Made by a program: the position numbers and the translations under genes. A stretch of DNA of 64,000 nucleotides from Nitrososphaeria archaeon. GTDB taxonomy: Archaea > Thermoproteota > Nitrososphaeria > Geothermarchaeales > JDFR-13. Location of the stretch: contig JALWXN010000004.1 in NCBI GenBank assembly GCA_027078545.1, positions 800,001 through 864,000 on the forward strand, read 5' to 3'. Shown piece by piece: positions 9,709 to 20,299 of this stretch (position 1 is the stretch's first letter; every line of letters begins with the position of its first letter). Below the pieces are notes generated by a model, which saw only the letters and a list, made by a program, of their open reading frames with translations, was not told the origin of the DNA and searched no databases.

Positions 9709-10646
9709 TGTCGAGCCGTAGGAGAGTCCCGAGGATAGCCTTGATAGGCCTTGGACACATGGGGATGAACCATCTAAAGATGCTCCTAATGCATAGGAGG
9801 AGGGGACTAGTAGAGATATCGGGGATCTACGACATCGACCAGGAGAAGGCTACGGAGCTATCCCAGAGATACAGGGTGAGGGCATATACATCACTGGAGG
9901 AGCTGGTGGAGGACAAGCCTGACGGAGCGGTGATAGCCACACCCACATCGACACACCTAGAGGTTTTCAGGGAGGTTGTGGAGGGTGTGAAAAACATATT
10001 GGTGGAGAAGCCCCCAGCAGCCACGTCAGATGAGGCGGAGGAGATGCATCGCCTGGCGCTGGAGAAGGAGGCCACCGTCATGGTTGGAATGATCGAGAGG
10101 TTCAACCCAGCAGTGGTACACATGCTACGATACATAAGAGTGATGGACAGAGGCCTAGTCTTCACCAGCTGTAGAACCTCTAAGCCTAGGAGGCCCGAGA
10201 CAGGGGTGACCCTCGACCTAACCATCCACGACCTACACATACTCTCACAGCTCGTGGAGCTCGACAAGGTAGATACCAGTGGATGGAGGGTCGTTGATAG
10301 CATGGGCCGTGAAGTGGCCTCAAACCTAGTGCTCAGAGGCGAGAAGCTAGACGCCAACCTATACAGCTCCTACATCCACGGATCAATGGTTAGGAGGATC
10401 GACATACTCATCGAGGACACGAAGATATATGTCGACATGATCGGTAAGAAGGTCGAGGTATATGGCCCGGGCGGGCACCAGGAATACATACTGGAGGGAG
10501 ACGCGTTGAGGAATGAGCATCTACACTTCCTATCCGTCATAGATGGATCGATAGAGCCAGCCACACCCCTCGAAGACATAATACCATTGATGAGGCTGGT
10601 TGAAGAGGCTGGGAAAAGCTTTAGGGAGATATCCCTAGAGAGGTGA
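9708..10646 (+). CDS. Gfo/Idh/MocA family oxidoreductase
   Basis: IGLGHMG Rossmann motif, IATPTSTH, LVEKP, ERFNP, DLTIHD. Confidence 0.9.
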   Translation: MSSRRRVPRIALIGLGHMGMNHLKMLLMHRRRGLVEISGIYDIDQEKATELSQRYRVRAYTSLEELVEDKPDGAVIATPTSTHLEVFREVVEGVKNILVEKPPAATSDEAEEMHRLALEKEATVMVGMIERFNPAVVHMLRYIRVMDRGLVFTSCRTSKPRRPETGVTLDLTIHDLHILSQLVELDKVDTSGWRVVDSMGREVASNLVLRGEKLDANLYSSYIHGSMVRRIDILIEDTKIYVDMIGKKVEVYGPGGHQEYILEGDALRNEHLHFLSVIDGSIEPATPLEDIIPLMRLVEEAGKSFREISLER

Positions 10647-11977
10647 CGAGACAGATGTGGGTATCATGGTCCGGTGGGGAGATCGATAGGGACGACCTGA
10701 TAAGGCTACTGACATACACCGATGTAGAGGGTGTACCACCAGCAGACCTAGAGATGTTGCCCGAGGCAGTAGCCACAGAGTATGCCTACCTAGCAGGATA
10801 TAATCAGGCCGGACTCTTAGGAAAAAAAGAGTTGGAGAAGGCCCGTGAAACACTTAGAAACCTGATGAGTATAACTCCTAACGAGCTCAGAAAATATGAG
10901 GACATCCACAGCCTGATTGAGCACCGCCTATCAGAGGAGATAGATTTTCCCTACATATGTAGGAGCCGGAACGAGACTGTCAACGTTGTTGAGAGGCTAT
11001 ATCTAAGGAGGATATGGAGTCAGACCCTCTCCTCATTATACTGGGTAGTTGACACCCTCGAATATGAGAGGAATCGGGTTGCTAAGAGAATACCCGTCTA
11101 TACCCATTACCGCAGGGCCGACTCAGTTATAGATCATAGCCTCTACGACTCATACTTAGAAACCCTCGACAGGATACTCCGGGAGCTAAGACTCTTCACA
11201 GACCTATTAATGACCTCCCCGATGGGAAGCGGTCCAATAGCCGGCTGCATATCAGGGGAGATGGATATAGTATGGAGACATGCATCTATGATGCTCGGGT
11301 TTAGACATAGCCACAGAACAACACTCGACGCCGTGAACAGTAGAAAGGAGCATATAAGAAGACATCTCTACCTAGCCTCACGACTACTAGGCCTATACAC
11401 CCGTATGGCGAGGGACATATACCTGTTGGAGGATGAAGGATTCTTCAGATTATCCGAGGAGGCCCACACAGGGAGCAGCGCCCTTCCACATAAGGAGAAC
11501 CCAGATCTAATGGAGATACTAGAGGCAAAGAGGCTATATGCAGCTAGTTCATCGGCTGCCGCATCTGCACTAGAGAGTGATATGACTGGGTACCAGAGAA
11601 CCAGCCAGGAGTTTAAACACATGGTTGTTAAGACCTCTCTTGACCTTATACTATCAACGAAGGCGATATTTGAGAATCTATTGACCAGCATAGCAACGCC
11701 ATATGAGGACTACACCATATACCCCCATTGGATAGCTACTAGACTGTCTATAAAGATGGGCATACCATATAGAGAGGCTTATCACATGGTTAAGGAGAGG
11801 CTGATAAGTGGAGAGGAACCCCTCGACCTATTGGATGAGAGATTCTCGTATCAAGATGGACCGACGGGATACGTAACCTGGGGCGGGGATGATGTGAGGA
11901 GGATAAGCCCGAGAACCATACAGAGGCTACTCAGCCCAACAACACGGAGAATACTCAAAAATATGGGCATCCTATAG
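10643..11977 (+). CDS. argininosuccinate lyase-like protein (fumarase/aspartase superfamily), divergent
   Basis: EDIH, RSRNE, YTH, SPMGSG, TGSSALPHKENPD, GIPYREAY map onto ArgH motifs. Confidence 0.75.
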   Translation: MTRQMWVSWSGGEIDRDDLIRLLTYTDVEGVPPADLEMLPEAVATEYAYLAGYNQAGLLGKKELEKARETLRNLMSITPNELRKYEDIHSLIEHRLSEEIDFPYICRSRNETVNVVERLYLRRIWSQTLSSLYWVVDTLEYERNRVAKRIPVYTHYRRADSVIDHSLYDSYLETLDRILRELRLFTDLLMTSPMGSGPIAGCISGEMDIVWRHASMMLGFRHSHRTTLDAVNSRKEHIRRHLYLASRLLGLYTRMARDIYLLEDEGFFRLSEEAHTGSSALPHKENPDLMEILEAKRLYAASSSAAASALESDMTGYQRTSQEFKHMVVKTSLDLILSTKAIFENLLTSIATPYEDYTIYPHWIATRLSIKMGIPYREAYHMVKERLISGEEPLDLLDERFSYQDGPTGYVTWGGDDVRRISPRTIQRLLSPTTRRILKNMGIL

Positions 11978-12018
11978 ACTCCGAGTTAAATTGTGGTTAT
12001 AGCTATAAAGGGTGTGGA

Positions 12019-13311
12019 ATGTCACGAGAACTGAGGGGGATACCGGAGGAAGCCTTCAAGAAATTCCTAGACACACTGGGAACTATCAAGAGGATCGAGG
12101 GGGTAGAGTCGCCCCTCCCCCTGAAGTATGAGGAGTATATAGATATCGGGGGGATGGACCCATCGGTCTACAGCCTACTATACACTGTCTACAGGCTCTA
12201 CAGGCCATCCAGCCCAGAAGAGCTCATGGAGGAGACACATAGATACCTCGAGAGGCTGAGTAGATGGATGGAGAGCCGTGGCCCGATACACACCGAGACA
12301 GACCCTAAGAAGGCAGCACTACTCATACTCCCATCGGAGAGACAGTTCAGCAGGGTTAGGACTGACTGGAGGGGCTGGCTATGGAGGAGCAGGACACATA
12401 CTGGGGAGGAGACACCGACGGCCGAGGGCTGGATGAAGGATATACTAAGGATAGCCGACGCTCTCAGGGGCGAGGGTGTAGAGCCTGTAATAGCCGCTGA
12501 CAAGGGTATCTACGAAGAGGTCAGCCAGATATATAGTGGGAGGCTAATAGAGGTGGACATACCTGAGAACCTACCCAAGACGGGCTACGCCAGGGACCAG
12601 AGCCTTACATGGTGGCGAGAGCCGATAATAGGCCTAATGGCCCTACACCTGAGGAAGGGGGAGGAGGACGTCCTGATAAGGATCTATAGAGAGCTCGGGC
12701 TGGACCCTATATACGCCGTGAGCCCAGAGGAGGTCTGGGGAAGGGTCTACATGCCCCACGTAGAGGGTGGGAACTATATAGTCGTGGATATGGATGGTGA
12801 GACCACAGTCTTCACAGGGGTCGGTGTAAGAGGCACAAACCCACCCGCCTTCAAGAGCCTCTCCAGGATACTCCCTAGGGATGTAAGGTTCATTGGAGTA
12901 CCGATCTCCGCATATATAAATGATTGGGAGACGGGAGCCGTACACCTAGACGTGGTGATGATGTATATCGAGCTGGACGGCGGAACCTTCCTAATAGACC
13001 CTTCACGGATGGGGTTATACAGCTTCCTAGAATACGACAGGGAGCGGGGCGAGTACAGGATACACAACGGGGTGGAGCTCCTAACCGAGAAGGGATACAA
13101 CATGATAGAGCCTCCTAGGAAGGGTGCCAGCAGGATAACCATGGTCAACGCCTTCAACCTAGGTGGGGACAAGATCCTGGTGGACAGCTATAACAGGGAG
13201 ACAAACAGGTTCCTCGAGGACCTAGGTGCCGACGTGGTCGAGGTGGAGATACCGCATATAGAGGCGGGTGGCGGAGGCATACGCTGCGCCACGAAGGAGC
13301 TATGGATATAG
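12019..13311 (+). CDS. arginine deiminase / amidinotransferase family protein
   Basis: YARD, EGGN, HLDV, GGGGIRCAT (catalytic Cys). Confidence 0.85.
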   Translation: MSRELRGIPEEAFKKFLDTLGTIKRIEGVESPLPLKYEEYIDIGGMDPSVYSLLYTVYRLYRPSSPEELMEETHRYLERLSRWMESRGPIHTETDPKKAALLILPSERQFSRVRTDWRGWLWRSRTHTGEETPTAEGWMKDILRIADALRGEGVEPVIAADKGIYEEVSQIYSGRLIEVDIPENLPKTGYARDQSLTWWREPIIGLMALHLRKGEEDVLIRIYRELGLDPIYAVSPEEVWGRVYMPHVEGGNYIVVDMDGETTVFTGVGVRGTNPPAFKSLSRILPRDVRFIGVPISAYINDWETGAVHLDVVMMYIELDGGTFLIDPSRMGLYSFLEYDRERGEYRIHNGVELLTEKGYNMIEPPRKGASRITMVNAFNLGGDKILVDSYNRETNRFLEDLGADVVEVEIPHIEAGGGGIRCATKELWI

Positions 13312-13376
13312 CTGGCTAGAGTGGTATACAGGAATAACCACAGATTTATACCTAGCATCCAACCAGGATTATACAT

Positions 13377-14486
13377 ATGGATCTCAACAGGTTCGCCCAG
13401 CTGATAGTGGATTACTGCGTATCCATAGGTACAGGGGACGAGGTCTATATTGGGGCCAGCCTAGAGGCATTCCCCCTAGTGAAGGAGATCTACAAGGAGG
13501 CGGTCAAGAGAGGTGGCTACCCAAGATTCAACGTGAGGGATGAGGAGCTGACCGAGATCTTCTACCGATACGCCCCCGACGAGCTCCTCGACTACCTCTC
13601 ACCAATAGACGAATACATAGCAGAGAAGATGGATGTGAGGATCTCCATCATATCCAGTACACATACAAAGCCGCTGGTCGCCATACCACCCGAGAAGATA
13701 CAGAGGAGGAACAAGGCCCAGAGAAGACTCGTGGAGATCTTCTTCGAGAGGGATGGGAGGGGAGAGATCAGGTGGACCGTCACGGCATACCCAACCAGGG
13801 CAATGGCTCAGGAGGCGGGGATGTCTATCCTAGAGTTCCAGGAGTTCGTGGAGAGGGCGCTCAAGCTCCACAGGCCAGACCCCGTGGAGGAGTGGCGTAG
13901 ACAGACGGAGTGGCAGGAGGATATCAGGGAGTTTTTGGAGAAGGTGGATGAGCTACGCATAGTGGGGGAGGAGACAGACATAACCTTCAAGGTCGGTGGG
14001 AGGGCATGGATAAACGACGATGGACGTAAAAACATGCCTGGGGGCGAGGTCTTCACAGGCCCTCATGAAGACGCCACCGAGGGAACCATATACTTCGACA
14101 TACCAGTCCTATGGAGAGGCATGGAGATTAAGGGTGTGAAGCTCAGGTTCGAGAGGGGGAGAGTCGTGGAGGCAAAGGCGAGGGAGGGCCAGGAATACCT
14201 GGAGAAGATAATCAGCGTCGACGATGGTGCCTCCATACCTGGGGAGCTCGCCTTCGGCCTAAACTACGACATTACCAGGCCGATTAAAAATATACTCTTC
14301 GACGAGAAGATAGGCGGCACGATGCACATGGCCCTAGGCAGTGCATATCCATCCACAGGTGGTAGGAACAAGTCCTCAATACACATGGATATGGTGAAGA
14401 ACATGGAGGGGGCCAAGGTATATGCAGATGGAGACCTGATATACAGGGATGGAAGGTTCGTCATCGATGAGCTACAGAGGGAGTAA
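13377..14486 (+). CDS. aminopeptidase, M29 family (AmpS/aminopeptidase II)
   Basis: NMPGGEVFT, GELAFG, LFDEKIGGTMHMALG, SSIHMD. Confidence 0.92.
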   Translation: MDLNRFAQLIVDYCVSIGTGDEVYIGASLEAFPLVKEIYKEAVKRGGYPRFNVRDEELTEIFYRYAPDELLDYLSPIDEYIAEKMDVRISIISSTHTKPLVAIPPEKIQRRNKAQRRLVEIFFERDGRGEIRWTVTAYPTRAMAQEAGMSILEFQEFVERALKLHRPDPVEEWRRQTEWQEDIREFLEKVDELRIVGEETDITFKVGGRAWINDDGRKNMPGGEVFTGPHEDATEGTIYFDIPVLWRGMEIKGVKLRFERGRVVEAKAREGQEYLEKIISVDDGASIPGELAFGLNYDITRPIKNILFDEKIGGTMHMALGSAYPSTGGRNKSSIHMDMVKNMEGAKVYADGDLIYRDGRFVIDELQRE

Positions 14487-14913
14487 TGGGCTTAGTAGAG
14501 CCACCCAGCTAGTCGCGCTAGGCATATGGATAACCTCTATACTCCTCACGCTAGAGACGCTTGGGGGTGAGACGGGGGTATGCACACCTGGATGGGGATG
14601 TCAAGTCCTACTCGCAACCCCCTTCTCACGTGTAAGCGGGCTACCAATATCAGTCTTCCCACTCCTAGCATCCATCCTATATCTACTGGGTAGCGTGAGG
14701 GAGGACACCAAGCTACGTAAGATAGCCGTCTCAGTCTTCATACCTATGCTACTCCTCGGGCTACTACTCACCTACATATCTATAAAGGACTATGGCACAC
14801 TATGCCCACTATGCGAGGCGACCAAGGCATTGATAGCGAACCTACTAGGCCTTGAATACCTAGATATAAGGATGGAGAAAAAGGGGGATGGGATGGCTAG
14901 AACCAGCCAATAA
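14467..14913 (+). CDS. vitamin K epoxide reductase (VKOR) family protein
   Basis: 4 TM helices, loop Cys pair CTPGWGC, GLP motif, C-terminal CPLC; start uncertain (14449 or 14467). Confidence 0.8.
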   Translation: MSYRGSNGLSRATQLVALGIWITSILLTLETLGGETGVCTPGWGCQVLLATPFSRVSGLPISVFPLLASILYLLGSVREDTKLRKIAVSVFIPMLLLGLLLTYISIKDYGTLCPLCEATKALIANLLGLEYLDIRMEKKGDGMARTSQ

Positions 14914-17032
14914 ACCGTATAGGCCCTGGGATCCAGACAGTCCTATCCATGATATTCACATAGATAACTGTCTCCACCAATCCAGAGTCGATCCTCATAA
15001 GCCCCCTTAGAACGGCGTAGTATGGAGACCCCCTGACCTCGGTTATATAGATCTCTATCCTCGTGGAGGGGCTGGACCAGTCTAGATCGATGGGCACCTC
15101 ATAGAAATATCCATATAGATACGCCTTGGTACCGCCTATTATAAGCCTCGCAGCACCCAGCTCCTGTGAGAAGCCGTTGGCCACCAGCCCAATAGCATCA
15201 ACCCTAAGCGTGATCCTTCCGTACCAGTATGGGAGAGTAGTGGTTATCCCCAAGTCGCTATAGATGTTTAGGATGGAGGTTCCTGGGCCAGACACCCCTA
15301 TACGTAGAAGCTCCGTCACCGGGTCGTCACCAAGCCTATACTCAAATGTGTATAGTGCCAGGCCAGATATTGAGGACTGTACCGTGGCTAGCTTGAGACC
15401 GTCTAGGTAGTAATCCACGGGGATGAATGGGGCTGGAGCGCCTAGATAGTTGCTCAGAGTCTCCACGGCCAATGTCCACCTAGAGTAGGAAGTGGCGTAT
15501 GGCGAGATTATTGAGAGGTCTTCCCGCATAACGGTCTCAGTAAAGTTTAGATATGTGGCGTCGCTGAGTGACACCCTATCCACAACGCTATATGCGACCT
15601 CACCCCTAATCCCGATCTGCCCAGGCACTAGTGATGCGATTACCCTGAAGGCGAGGTCTATGAGGACATCGTCATCTACGAACCATCTATAGATGCCCAG
15701 CCTAATCTCGGCCTGGTAACTGACAAGGAACTTATTGACGTAGAAGAGTGCATCTATACCGGTCGGGACGGATGTATAGATGTCACTGAAGTTGGCATTG
15801 GTCATAGCGTTGTGACTCATCCTAATCTCCACACCCCTATAGACAGCCGATATGGTTGCGTCCCTCAGTACTAGCTGGTTAAACGTGGTTAACCAAGACT
15901 CTAGGTATAGCCCCCACCATGCGCCGGTACAGCTCAGCCCCGATACGGAGAAACTATTCACCGTGTCCCTAGAAACTATGTTGACACACCTCGCGAAGGT
16001 GGTCGTTGGGAAGGATCCATAGACATTCCTGACCTCCGCATCCATACCCACTGGTGTCGTCAATGGGGTGGGGCCGTAGGAATATAGGCTAACCACCCAG
16101 GGATTATTCGTAGAAGTGGACAGCCTCACATCCTCGACAAGCACGGTTGCATTACTCTCGAAGGCATAGACCGTGACGCCACCAGTCCTACCATCCTCAA
16201 CCACTACATTGGAAACAGTTATGCTCGGCTCATTCCTAGACACCGCGATATGTATTCCTGAGGTCGCGAACCTGGTGTATATCGCCTCCACATCCCGTAC
16301 CACTATGCTCTGCTCTACGAAGCTGTCCAACACATAGAGGCTTATCAACCCGTCTGCCCTTACATCACTGATATAGACGTCTAGGGGGTACCCCGACGAA
16401 TATAGATAGATGGTTGTCCCCGCGCCAATACTCTCCAACCCCTCGACCCGGAAGAGCCTCGCATCGGCCTGGGACATCAGGTAGATACCCGTATAGGCGT
16501 AGCCCGCCAATGGTATGTCTATCACGACATTGCTAAAGTTGTATACGTGGTCAGTCCCCCCATAGACACGTATAAAGAATGGTCCTCCAAAGATTCCTGG
16601 AGCGACAGCTGTAAACCTGAAGTTCTCAACCCTGACATCCACGTCGCCTATGAGACTAATGAAATAGTTCGTCGGGTTCCCACCAGCCATCACCGCCTCC
16701 AGATCCCTGATGACAAAGTCGAGCGTGGCCAGGCCTGAGAAGATGTATACCGAGGGCGACGGGTCATTATAGATCCAGCGATAACCATTCCCATTAATAA
16801 CTATCTGGCCACCAGTAAGGCTAAGTGTAATATCAGAGTCCTCCACAACATCCGAGACAAAGTTGATGACTGTGCATCCAGCACCCAGCGCGGCGGATAC
16901 ATCTGGATAATCCGTTGGAACGTCACAGCTGAGAGCCACACCTGGTTCGGTGATAAGCGCTGGGACAAATATAACTGAAACCATTATTAGAACGATGGGG
17001 ATGAGCCGCGTCATATGACTCACCCCCACCAA
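14897..17032 (-). CDS. secreted right-handed beta-helix (pectin-lyase-like) protein
   Basis: signal peptide, VPTDYPDVSAAL cap, INGNG, V/I/N/S-rich short-strand repeats; paralog of 17188..19317. Confidence 0.65.
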   Translation of the reverse strand: MVGVSHMTRLIPIVLIMVSVIFVPALITEPGVALSCDVPTDYPDVSAALGAGCTVINFVSDVVEDSDITLSLTGGQIVINGNGYRWIYNDPSPSVYIFSGLATLDFVIRDLEAVMAGGNPTNYFISLIGDVDVRVENFRFTAVAPGIFGGPFFIRVYGGTDHVYNFSNVVIDIPLAGYAYTGIYLMSQADARLFRVEGLESIGAGTTIYLYSSGYPLDVYISDVRADGLISLYVLDSFVEQSIVVRDVEAIYTRFATSGIHIAVSRNEPSITVSNVVVEDGRTGGVTVYAFESNATVLVEDVRLSTSTNNPWVVSLYSYGPTPLTTPVGMDAEVRNVYGSFPTTTFARCVNIVSRDTVNSFSVSGLSCTGAWWGLYLESWLTTFNQLVLRDATISAVYRGVEIRMSHNAMTNANFSDIYTSVPTGIDALFYVNKFLVSYQAEIRLGIYRWFVDDDVLIDLAFRVIASLVPGQIGIRGEVAYSVVDRVSLSDATYLNFTETVMREDLSIISPYATSYSRWTLAVETLSNYLGAPAPFIPVDYYLDGLKLATVQSSISGLALYTFEYRLGDDPVTELLRIGVSGPGTSILNIYSDLGITTTLPYWYGRITLRVDAIGLVANGFSQELGAARLIIGGTKAYLYGYFYEVPIDLDWSSPSTRIEIYITEVRGSPYYAVLRGLMRIDSGLVETVIYVNIMDRTVWIPGPIRFIGWF

Positions 17033-17163
17033 CTCCCCATGTAAGTTGAATCATGTATAACACGGTATATTTAATATTACCCGGATGTATAGTGGCAATG
17101 AACGTGAATAAACCCCTTATATGGCCGGGTGCATAGGCAACTCTTCATCACTTGGTTGAGTTA

Positions 17164-17181
17164 GGAAAAAAGGGGAGAAGG
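17164..17181 (-). terminator. oligo-T terminator
   Basis: CCTTCTCCCCTTTTTTCC on the minus strand just after the 17188 stop. Confidence 0.45.
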
Positions 17182-17187
17182 TTGTAG

Positions 17188-19317
17188 TCAGTACCAGCCC
17201 ATGAAGCGGATGGGGCCAGGTATCCACACAAGCCTATTCATGATGTTAACATAAATCGCAGTTTCAACAAGGCCGTGGGGTGTCTTCATATATCCACGGA
17301 TAACGGTATACCACGGAGATGCCGATACCGAGGTGATGATTATCTCTACCTTACTACTATATGGATAGTCGGATATGTTTACAGGATTGATGGAGTAGTA
17401 TCCATACAGCACAGCCCTCTTATGACCAAGGATTAGCGTCGCAGTACCTATCTCCTGTGAAAAACCGTTGGCTACCAGCCCTATTGACTCCACCATAAGC
17501 GTAACATCATCATACCAATATGGTATCGTCCGATCAATACCAAGATCAGTAAACAGGTTGAATATGGGTAGATCCTCAGCAGACACTCCGATCCTCAACA
17601 GCTCTGTGACTGGATCGTCACCTAGGCGGTAGAAGAACGTGTAGTAAGCTTGTCCAAAGGTATTGGTCCAGATAGATGCTAGGCTGGAGGCATCTAGGTA
17701 GTATTCAACAGGATAGAAGGGGATGGGTGCCCCTGTAAATTTACTAATTACATTGACCCTAAGCGTCCATTTAGAGTATGAAATAGCTGTTGGTGCGAAT
17801 GTTGAGAGGTGTTCCTCCATCACCGTCTCTGTAAAGTTGACATTTGTATAGTCACTTAGTGAGACCCTGTCGACCTTGCTATACCTAAACTCTCCCCTTA
17901 CTGGGAAGTCTGCAGTTGGGGAGGGGGATTGTACCTCAAAATTAAAGTCAAATCCTGGGTCGTCAGAGACTATCCACCAATCGGCATATACACTTATGTT
18001 GGCCCTATCACTACCAGATACTCTACGAACCACAAAGGACCCGTCCCATTCAGGGAATACAGATGTGTTCACTCTCTTCACGAAAATTGTTACATTTGAT
18101 GAGAAAGTCGATATGGCTGATATACCCCCTCTTCTGGCATTGATCCGGGAATCAAAAATGGATATTGTGTCGTTAGCCGAGAGGATTGACGATATATAGA
18201 CCCCATAGTCACAAGTCGTACAAGTCAAGTTATCTATATTTATTACGTTATTAGTCGATGCTATAGATATCGATACTCCTATCCCAAAGGAAAATAGGGG
18301 ATATCTAGCGTAGATGTTGGATACTGTTCCGGTCATTGATCGCAGCGTAGGATATGCGGGAGAGCTGTATGAAAATATGAATATGGCTTCCCCGAAGTTA
18401 TTGGTGGAGTCAACCCAGACATTTCTCACATCTATAGACGCTATGCAGGAGAAGCATGCTATAACTACTCCTCCCGATCTGTAACCAGTAGCCACGACGT
18501 TATATACATTGATGTTAGGCTCTCCACGGACAACATATACTTGTACAGCATGAGGGAAATAATCGGTGTAATATGCAAATACATTGTTGATATACACATT
18601 GATAGGGGAGAAACTATTGAAAACCGTTACAGAGACTCTTCCATCACTTACTACATTCTCCACATATATATTATCTACACCACCCGACGACGAAAAGAAG
18701 GAAACAGGGTTATCCACACCCTCAGATGTGATATTTACCGCGATGAAGAGCGAAACCTTAGTCTGAGCCCAAACACCCAACCCAGTCGAAATCAGGAGTG
18801 GTGTGGGGGCTGTCAGCGAGACATTTGTAAAGTTGAATACATGATCCATACCGAGGACAGCAGTTATAAATGTGAACCCAACAAAGTTGCTCATCACCGT
18901 GGAGACAAACTCCACATTGTACATAGACACATCAACATTGCCATCAATAGTGATGAACCAGGTTATTGGTGCTCCGCCCACTATCTCAATCCTAATATCT
19001 CTAAATATAACCTCGAGAAGTGATAGAGTAGATGTTATTGAAACGAGAGGATCTGGATCCGTGTGTATCCATCTATATCCATTACCATTAAATATCAGCT
19101 GACCACCAGACGCCGTAGAGAAGGTCACATCAGAATCTTCAAACACATCCGAAACAAAGTTGATTATCGTACATCCAGCAGCCAACGCAGCGTCAACATC
19201 TGGATACATTGTCGGCACATCACAGGCGACGGCCTGTACATTCGTAATCCCGGTAAGGGGAGCCACAAGGGGTAAGATGAACAACAGTAGTAGGTAGGTG
19301 AAGATCCTCATGGCCAC
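17188..19317 (-). CDS. secreted right-handed beta-helix (pectin-lyase-like) protein
   Basis: signal peptide, CDVPTMYPDVDAAL cap, FNGNG; shares C-terminal blocks with 14897..17032. Confidence 0.65.
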   Translation of the reverse strand: MAMRIFTYLLLLFILPLVAPLTGITNVQAVACDVPTMYPDVDAALAAGCTIINFVSDVFEDSDVTFSTASGGQLIFNGNGYRWIHTDPDPLVSITSTLSLLEVIFRDIRIEIVGGAPITWFITIDGNVDVSMYNVEFVSTVMSNFVGFTFITAVLGMDHVFNFTNVSLTAPTPLLISTGLGVWAQTKVSLFIAVNITSEGVDNPVSFFSSSGGVDNIYVENVVSDGRVSVTVFNSFSPINVYINNVFAYYTDYFPHAVQVYVVRGEPNINVYNVVATGYRSGGVVIACFSCIASIDVRNVWVDSTNNFGEAIFIFSYSSPAYPTLRSMTGTVSNIYARYPLFSFGIGVSISIASTNNVINIDNLTCTTCDYGVYISSILSANDTISIFDSRINARRGGISAISTFSSNVTIFVKRVNTSVFPEWDGSFVVRRVSGSDRANISVYADWWIVSDDPGFDFNFEVQSPSPTADFPVRGEFRYSKVDRVSLSDYTNVNFTETVMEEHLSTFAPTAISYSKWTLRVNVISKFTGAPIPFYPVEYYLDASSLASIWTNTFGQAYYTFFYRLGDDPVTELLRIGVSAEDLPIFNLFTDLGIDRTIPYWYDDVTLMVESIGLVANGFSQEIGTATLILGHKRAVLYGYYSINPVNISDYPYSSKVEIIITSVSASPWYTVIRGYMKTPHGLVETAIYVNIMNRLVWIPGPIRFMGWY

Positions 19318-19437
19318 CCCCCAAAGCGGGTATAAAAAAGATAGTATTTATGTTGTACTTATAAATGTATAGTTCTCAAGTAGAAGGCTTCCGAGAATTT
19401 TACATTTGTTGAGCATCCAGGGATGAGTGTTAAATTG

Positions 19438-20295
19438 CTAGGCTCCTCCTTTACCTATGAGCTGTATCCTGAGTAGGTATTTCTGGGCGAATAGGAAGAA
19501 GAGTATGACTGGTATCATGTAGATTATGGCTACCGCGGCGGTTATGCCTGGGTTGGTGTAGCTATACTCGCCCGTGGTGAAGGCGTAGACCAGCATGGAG
19601 AATGTCCAGAACCTCTGCTCAGCTATGAATGTTAGTGCATATATGAACTCTGCCCATCCGCTTAGGAAGCCGAATATCAGTACTGCCATCAAGCCATTCC
19701 TGACATTGGGCATGACCACCCTCCACCACGCGCCGAGCCTTGTACAGCCATCAACCAATGCCGACATCTCCATGTCCCAGGAGATACCGTCGAAGAAGCC
19801 CTTCATGATCCATATGCCCAGTGGGAGGTCTAGCGCAACCTTCACGAGTACTACTCCTATCAAAGAGTTGTATAGCCCAAGGTAGTTTAGGACGAAGAAG
19901 AGTGCTATCAATAGGGTTATTCCGGGGAAGGCGTGTAGGATAAGTATCATCGTCAGGATTGCAGAGCGGCCTCTAAACTTGAATCTTGATAGGCTATAGC
20001 CGGCTAGGCTAGATATTACAACCTCCAACCCGGCCACCAGCACGGCTAGAACAAATGTGTTGAGAGCTACGAGGTATAGGTTTGGATATTCATACTGTGC
20101 TCCGGGAATTGGTATCCTACCATCCAACACTTCTAACCAGTGGTCCAGCGTGAGGCCTGTGGGGAATATACCATCCATATCCTCCGCTATGCTTATCAGG
20201 CCTAGGTAGAAGTAGAGGATGATGACTGGAACCACGAGTAGAGCCGTCACTATGTAGATCCATATACGGTCTAACAACTCTCTTATCCCTGCCAT
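19438..20295 (-). CDS. carbohydrate ABC transporter permease (MalG-like)
   Basis: AGYSLSRFKFRG, EMSALVDG (EAA-like loop), 6 TM. Confidence 0.92.
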   Translation of the reverse strand: MAGIRELLDRIWIYIVTALLVVPVIILYFYLGLISIAEDMDGIFPTGLTLDHWLEVLDGRIPIPGAQYEYPNLYLVALNTFVLAVLVAGLEVVISSLAGYSLSRFKFRGRSAILTMILILHAFPGITLLIALFFVLNYLGLYNSLIGVVLVKVALDLPLGIWIMKGFFDGISWDMEMSALVDGCTRLGAWWRVVMPNVRNGLMAVLIFGFLSGWAEFIYALTFIAEQRFWTFSMLVYAFTTGEYSYTNPGITAAVAIIYMIPVILFFLFAQKYLLRIQLIGKGGA

Positions 20296-20299
20296 GGTT

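Noticed and set aside
17090-17155. GTGATGA on the minus strand as a C box
   Set aside because: No D box or terminal stem
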